A stretch of DNA of 11,291 nt from an uncultured archaeon (GTDB lineage Archaea; Asgardarchaeota; Heimdallarchaeia; Heimdallarchaeales; Heimdallarchaeaceae). The stretch is from NCBI GenBank assembly GCA_964549075.1, contig CAZJUB010000086.1, positions 1-11,291 on the forward strand, read 5' to 3'. The notes under the pieces were generated by a model that was not told the DNA's origin, did no database searches, and worked only from the letters and a program-made list of their open reading frames with translations. Positions 6,528 to 11,291 of the stretch are shown here, piece after piece. How positions within the stretch are numbered: the first letter of the stretch is position 1; each line of letters opens with the position of its first letter. The translations under genes were made by a program, and so were the position numbers.

Positions 6528-8417
6528 TCATCCTCCTGAAGGTAGTACAATAACAACTACTGTACCTTTAGTGTGGTCATTTGCGACTCGATTTTCAAAA
6601 CGTATCTGTCCATTATATGAATTGATGATCACTCTTGCCATATAAAGACCTAAACCTGATCCTCCTTGGAAACGATGATCACCACGAGAGAGTCTTTTGA
6701 AAAACATAGGTTTTACTTCATCTGGAATTCCAATGCCATAGTCTGTAAATTTAATCTCAACCATATCCTCTCCGTCTAACTTTACAGATTGGCATATGAT
6801 GTCAAGTTTTGGGATTTCCTCGTTGGTATATTTTATGCTATTATTAATTATATTCTCGAAAACGTTTTCCAGCAAATCACCAGCAATGACATTTTCATTC
6901 TTTGCACAATCTAATTTTATATTAATTAGCTTTGGATAGATTATTGATTTCTGCATTTCTATAGCATTTTCAAGAAGAGATCTAATGTAGACTAATTTTC
7001 TGGTTTTTCTCTCTTTTTGGATTTTCGTTAATTGTTGGACTGTTTGTAATATCCTCTCACTTCTCTCAACAACACTGATACTTCTTTGAATGTACTCTTT
7101 TAATTTGGCAGGTTCCACACTTTCAGCACTTTGGTTTAAAAGTTCTAAATAGCCATGAACTGAAGTATTAGCATTAAGAAAATCATGTGAAATAATATCT
7201 AGTAAAACAGAAACAAATTCTCTCTCCTCTTCACTTTGCAAATAGAGGAAATGATGCTCATAGTTAAGTGATATCTGGCTACAGAAAGCAGTTATTAAAT
7301 CTATATCCTCTGGTAAAAACAGATTACTAATAGAAGAATTAAGCAGAATAAAACCAGCTGGGACTTGATTCAAGTGAAGAGAAATAACTACGCATGATCT
7401 AGTTTCTTCAGAAATATTCGAGAAATCTTTATGAAAATGAAGAACATTTTCTCCACTTTTTGCTATATCTTCCAAGATAAGTTGTGGATTGAAATTAGGG
7501 GAAAATTCTCCCTTTTGTGCAACTGTTTCACCATCTAGAAAAACTAACCCTCCTTCAGCATAATAGATGTCCATCAAATCATTCAATACATTATCCCAAA
7601 AGGATGAAAGATCCTTATATCTTGAGAACAGTGCATATTTGTTTAAAACTGATACTGTAAGAGAAAGTTTCTTTGTAGCTTCAATATTAGTGAAAAAACC
7701 TACTGAACCAATCGGATTATTTGCTCTGTCATACAAAAGCGAACCTATAACCCGAAAAGTGCTGGGACGTCCATCTTTATTAATAAGAACTAGCTCGTAT
7801 GAACTAGCAGTAAGGTTTTTTTCCATTCTTTCTTTAAGAACTTGATAGTATATCTCTTGAGAATCAGGATGGAAGAAATCTGTAACAGAATGTTCACTTA
7901 TTTCTTCAAAAGAATAACCAAGAAACTCACACAATCTATCATTAATGAAGATAGTGTGATCATTGATATCATCAACCCAAAATCCCAACTGACTGTGAGT
8001 TGTTAATGTTTGAAGTATGGAAGAAACAAGTTCTGGCGATTGTTCAATAAGGGGATCTGCACTAATATTGCTACCTACTAAAATTCTGGATTTTTTGTTA
8101 TTAAAAATCAAATCATAAGCTTGAATTCTACTTAAAGCAATAGTTCCATCCTTTCTAATAATCCTAACCTGCATAGTTGTTTCTGGTTTTTCACCAGCTT
8201 CAAGTAGTTTAATTCTTTCTTGAACAATAGGACGATCATCTTCATGAACTAAGTCGGTGAGCGTGGTCTCATTGAGATCTTCAGGTTTATAACCACTAGC
8301 ATCAAAGAAAGTTTGGTTTGCATAAACAATTTTATGAATGTCTTGGATAATAACTATAGACAACGTAGTAGAATCAAAAAAATCTTCAAAATCCTCTAGA
8401 GTTTGTTTGCCAGACAT
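6528..8417 (-). CDS. Cytoplasmic sensor histidine kinase, PAS-PAS-GAF(-like)-HisKA-HATPase
   Basis: Two PAS/PAC units (YANQTF...GY...LVHEDD...IIRKDG; FINDRL...LGY...FFHPDS...LINKDG) and a GAF-like end (FLPEDIDLITAFCSQI). H box SHDFLN, N box NIINNSIKY, G1 DYGIGI, G2 GSGLGL. No obvious TM helix. Confidence 0.93.
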   Translation of the reverse strand: MSGKQTLEDFEDFFDSTTLSIVIIQDIHKIVYANQTFFDASGYKPEDLNETTLTDLVHEDDRPIVQERIKLLEAGEKPETTMQVRIIRKDGTIALSRIQAYDLIFNNKKSRILVGSNISADPLIEQSPELVSSILQTLTTHSQLGFWVDDINDHTIFINDRLCEFLGYSFEEISEHSVTDFFHPDSQEIYYQVLKERMEKNLTASSYELVLINKDGRPSTFRVIGSLLYDRANNPIGSVGFFTNIEATKKLSLTVSVLNKYALFSRYKDLSSFWDNVLNDLMDIYYAEGGLVFLDGETVAQKGEFSPNFNPQLILEDIAKSGENVLHFHKDFSNISEETRSCVVISLHLNQVPAGFILLNSSISNLFLPEDIDLITAFCSQISLNYEHHFLYLQSEEEREFVSVLLDIISHDFLNANTSVHGYLELLNQSAESVEPAKLKEYIQRSISVVERSERILQTVQQLTKIQKERKTRKLVYIRSLLENAIEMQKSIIYPKLINIKLDCAKNENVIAGDLLENVFENIINNSIKYTNEEIPKLDIICQSVKLDGEDMVEIKFTDYGIGIPDEVKPMFFKRLSRGDHRFQGGSGLGLYMARVIINSYNGQIRFENRVANDHTKGTVVVIVLPSGG

Positions 8418-8441
8418 CCTAGTAAAAATAGGGAAAAATGG

Positions 8442-8456
8442 AATATAAGTTCTTTG
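8442..8456 (-). promoter_or_regulatory. BRE/TATA for the kinase-receiver operon
   Basis: Minus strand reads CAAAGAA-CTTATATT, with the TATA at -32..-25 from ATG 8417. Confidence 0.6.
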
Positions 8457-8492
8457 TAAAAGGCTAATGAGTTTTTTGAGTATCGGAAATTT

Positions 8493-8990
8493 CTATCCTA
8501 ATATCTTTTCATAGAAACAGCTCTCATTATGAGTTGCAACTAATTTATAATCCAAACTCTCATAGAGATGTCTTGCAGCAGTATTATCATCTAAAACATG
8601 CAATGCTAATCTATCCAATCCTTGATTCAGACACCATTTTTCTGCTTTAAACATGAGTTGTCTAGCTAAACCCATTTTACGGAAATAAGGTATAACGTGA
8701 AGATTATAAATCCAAACATGTTGTTGCTTAAATCTCCAGAAAGGTTCCCTATTACAAAGCCAGATAAGACCAGCTTGTATTCCATTATCAGAAATAGCTA
8801 TGAAAATTTTGTGATTGAATCCCCTAGGATCCAGAGGGTCAGCTTCATCAAATTCTTTGTATTTCTGAAGTAATTCTTGTTCTGTGCAGTTATCTGGATT
8901 TTTTACAGTTGTTAAAAATGATTTGAATTCCAAGTCATCAAAAAAAATCCAATCTTCTTCATTATCTAATTCGCGAATTCTGAATGACAC
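8493..8990 (-). CDS. GNAT-family N-acetyltransferase
   Basis: WIYNLHVIPYFRKMGLARQLM (acetyl-CoA motif A) and LHVLDDNTAARHLYESLDY (motif B); GTG start. Confidence 0.92.
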   Translation of the reverse strand: MSFRIRELDNEEDWIFFDDLEFKSFLTTVKNPDNCTEQELLQKYKEFDEADPLDPRGFNHKIFIAISDNGIQAGLIWLCNREPFWRFKQQHVWIYNLHVIPYFRKMGLARQLMFKAEKWCLNQGLDRLALHVLDDNTAARHLYESLDYKLVATHNESCFYEKILG

Positions 8991-9011
8991 GAGGGAATTT
9001 TACATTAAACA

Positions 9012-9019
9012 TTAATAAA
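9012..9019 (-). promoter_or_regulatory. TATA-like box for a leaderless GNAT transcript
   Basis: Minus strand TTTATTAA at -29..-22 from GTG 8990; the region is very AT-rich, so specificity is limited. Confidence 0.45.
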
Positions 9020-9083
9020 TAATGGTAAATGAACTATCAATAATTGTATCTGAAAAGAGAAATAAATTTAGTTTATAATAAAC

Positions 9084-9129
9084 AAAAAATAAAAGAATAA
9101 AAAAGGAAATTTAGGAAAATCCTAAATTT
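9084..9129 (-). terminator. Hairpin plus U-tract terminator of the malic enzyme gene
   Basis: Perfect inverted repeat AAATTTAGG (9107-9115) / CCTAAATTT (9121-9129) spanning the TAG stop, followed on the minus strand by CCTTTTTTATTCTTTTATTTTTT. Confidence 0.65.
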
Positions 9130-10522
9130 TTGGTTTAATATAACCTGTATCCATCATACTCTTGGTAAGGTCACGAGCATATCTGATTTTTTCTTCAGCT
9201 ATCTTGAGAAGTTCATCTTCTTCCATAACAATTCGAGCAACACCTTGTTCAATAGCTTTCATACCAACACTAGTTGCTTCATGTGGGAAAAGCTCCCATT
9301 CATCCATTGTTGGTAGGACATATTTGTCTGTTGTGCCTTTCTTAATCGCAATATCAGCTATTGATTGAGCTGCAGCAACACACATTTCGTCTGTGATTGT
9401 AGTTGCGTTGACATCTAAAGTACCTCTGAAGATACCTGGAAATCCTAGACTGTTGTTGATTTGGTTGTCAAAATCGCTTCTACCAGTACCAACAACTCTA
9501 GCTCCAGCTTCTTTTGCGTCCCATGGCCAAATTTCAGGAATAGGATTAGCACATGCAAAGACTATGCTATCAGAACCCATCTTTGAAATCCATTCTTTCT
9601 TAACCACACCAGGGGCAGATTTGGATGCTGAGATCATAACATCAGCTCCTTCCATAGCTACACCAAAATCACCTGATAGACCTTCTGAATTGGTTTTTTG
9701 AGCAAGATCATATTTGAAAGTATCATAATCTTTCTGGTCAATAATGTCTTGTCTATCATTTGTAATAATACCCTTAGAATCAGCCATAACTATGTTCTTG
9801 AGTGGAACACCAGCTGCATTTAGAACATAAGCTGTTCTGGTATTAGCAGCACCAACACCTAACATAGCAACTTTGAGCTGATCAAGGTCTTTACCAACAT
9901 GATGAGCTGCACCAATAACACCTCCTGTAACAACAGATGCTGTTCCTTGAGCATCATCATGCCAGACAGGAATAGTAACTTCTGGATCATTTCTTAATGT
10001 TTCAAGAACAGTGTAACATTTAGGTTTAGAGATATCTTCTAGATTAATACCGCCAACAGAGGGTTGGAGTAATTTTACAAAATTTATAATTTCTTCAGCT
10101 GTTAATCTTTTAGCTTTATCAGGTGAAGTACCATAATGATTACCAATACTAAGTGGAAAAGCATCAACTCCACCTAAATATTTGAATAATAATGATTTTC
10201 CTTCCATAACAGGCTGACCTGCTTCTGGACCTATGTCTCCAAGTCCCAATACTCTTGTTCCATCTGAGACTACAGCAATAGTATTAGCTCTGTTTGTCAT
10301 TCTAAAGGATTCTGCTGGATTAGATACAATTTCACGACAAGCTTGAGCTACACCTGGTGTGTACCAGACAGCAAATGCATCAAAATCCCAAACACTACAT
10401 TTAGAAACAGTTTGAATTTTTCCCTTATAATAAGGATGCAATTTCACTGCTTCTGCAGAGGGTTCTTTAGCTTTAGCTAACAATTTTTCAATTTCTTCTT
10501 CTGTGAGTTTTTCATCAGTCAT
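9122..10522 (-). CDS. mae: NAD(P)-dependent malic enzyme (short prokaryotic type, no PTA domain)
   Basis: YTPGVA, AVVSDGTRVLGLGDIG, PVMEGKSLLFK, GGINLEDI, WHDDAQGTA, GVGAAN, FACANP.PEI and TGRSDFDNQINNSLGFPGIFRG. The start was moved to ATG 10522 because the GTG at 10531 is part of the SD AGGTGA. Confidence 0.96.
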   Translation of the reverse strand: MTDEKLTEEEIEKLLAKAKEPSAEAVKLHPYYKGKIQTVSKCSVWDFDAFAVWYTPGVAQACREIVSNPAESFRMTNRANTIAVVSDGTRVLGLGDIGPEAGQPVMEGKSLLFKYLGGVDAFPLSIGNHYGTSPDKAKRLTAEEIINFVKLLQPSVGGINLEDISKPKCYTVLETLRNDPEVTIPVWHDDAQGTASVVTGGVIGAAHHVGKDLDQLKVAMLGVGAANTRTAYVLNAAGVPLKNIVMADSKGIITNDRQDIIDQKDYDTFKYDLAQKTNSEGLSGDFGVAMEGADVMISASKSAPGVVKKEWISKMGSDSIVFACANPIPEIWPWDAKEAGARVVGTGRSDFDNQINNSLGFPGIFRGTLDVNATTITDEMCVAAAQSIADIAIKKGTTDKYVLPTMDEWELFPHEATSVGMKAIEQGVARIVMEEDELLKIAEEKIRYARDLTKSMMDTGYIKPKI

Positions 10523-10527
10523 AATTT

Positions 10528-10590
10528 TCACCTATTATTCCAATAGGATACTGTCATAAATTTTCTTTATCCTTTAATTAAAGCTTTTTC
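10528..10590 (-). promoter_or_regulatory. Malic enzyme promoter/leader: BRE-TATA, short inverted repeat and SD
   Basis: Minus strand GAAAAAGC-TTTAATTA (10590-10575), inverted repeat CCTATT-N5-AATAGG (10531-10547), and SD AGGTGA (10533-10528) 5 nt before the ATG. Confidence 0.6.
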
Positions 10591-10724
10591 TTTGACAAAT
10601 TTCATCAAAAGATAGGTATGCGCCTACAATAAATATATACTTCCAGTATCTCTATTTATACAAAAGGTGTGACTATCTCTTAGGGAATAAATGAGATAAA
10701 AATTTATGAAAGATATTCAAAAAT

Positions 10725-11291
10725 TTAATTTTGAGATAATTTTGCGTTAGTTATTTTTTTTTCTTCATCTATATCCATTGTTTCTATCTGTCCTTGTATC
10801 CTACCCAATAGGAAACCTGAGATAAGTATAATAATTACACCAAAAATAATCATATATATTGAATAGTTTAGAGGAGAATTTTTGAGATAAATACCATAAT
10901 ACAGAATTATAGGTGCGGTCTGTGTAGGTATTTGTCCAATTGGATAAATCTTACTCGCATCACCATATTTGAAAGCATCCTGAACATGGGCTATTCCTAT
11001 AATATTGATAATTGCAACTATTATGATAGAAATTATGAATAAGATGATGTTTAGAGCTGTAAAGTGTCCTGCAATCATTTCTTTAAACAGAAAAATGAAT
11101 GGTTGTAACCACGCGTTCGAAACTACAAAAGGAAAGGTTGCTCCTAATGCTAGAAAAAGGGTTTTACCTTTTACTACTCTCTTTCCAATCTGTCTACTCG
11201 TTATCCACAGAATAAGATATACTACTGTAAAGATTCCAAAACGGATAAGGAAGTTTGTTTCTGAGAAATTAACCATGTCTTCATCAGTAAT
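10725..11291 (-). CDS. Partial multi-pass membrane protein, probably DMT superfamily (EamA/NIPA-like), 5' end outside the window
   Basis: The frame stays open to the window edge (ITDED precedes the Met at 11276). It has about five hydrophobic helices, and QDAFKYGDASKIYPI...IIFGVIIILISGFLL resembles a DMT C-terminal repeat. Confidence 0.6.
   Translation of the reverse strand: MTDEDMVNFSETNFLIRFGIFTVVYLILWITSRQIGKRVVKGKTLFLALGATFPFVVSNAWLQPFIFLFKEMIAGHFTALNIILFIISIIIVAIINIIGIAHVQDAFKYGDASKIYPIGQIPTQTAPIILYYGIYLKNSPLNYSIYMIIFGVIIILISGFLLGRIQGQIETMDIDEEKKITNAKLSQN

Noticed and set aside
7567-7845. 92-aa plus-strand ORF
   Set aside because: Antisense shadow of the histidine kinase.
9162-9701. 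Two plus-strand ORFs (68 and 102 aa)
   Set aside because: Antisense shadows of the malic enzyme gene.
10591-10724. Possible small RNA or small ORF in the longest intergenic region
   Set aside because: Only a weak TAGG-N6-CCTA stem and tiny ORFs; no recognisable RNA family.
1-11291. CRISPR array, tRNA/rRNA, transposase or integrase
   Set aside because: No regularly spaced repeats, cloverleaf or mobile-element motifs were seen; nearly all of the sequence is explained by CDSs.

Overview
AT-rich chromosomal DNA of archaeal character. The signs are TATA boxes about 22-32 nt upstream of several start codons, a TrmB regulator, and a soluble PAS/GAF histidine kinase with a stand-alone receiver. An Asgard-type origin is plausible but is only inference. 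The + strand carries a 5'-truncated ABC-2 permease, a TrmB-family regulator, a ThDP-dependent enzyme and a GPH/MelB-family MFS transporter. The converging - strand carries a partial DMT-like membrane protein, malic enzyme, a GNAT acetyltransferase, a PAS-PAS-GAF histidine kinase, a single-domain receiver and a thioredoxin reductase-like flavoprotein. The best candidate for an undescribed system is TrmB + ThDP enzyme + GPH transporter. The enzyme would probably be auto-annotated as acetolactate synthase but carries IolD-type ring-hydrolase motifs, suggesting an archaeal cyclitol/sugar catabolic module. Two other points stand out. The first ~115 nt hide a stop-interrupted DNA-methyltransferase-like fragment joined to the permease (probable chimera or breakpoint). 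The TrxR has a non-canonical NADPH-binding motif. No rRNA, tRNA, CRISPR array or transposase was recognised. All family calls come from motif recognition by eye, not from searches.
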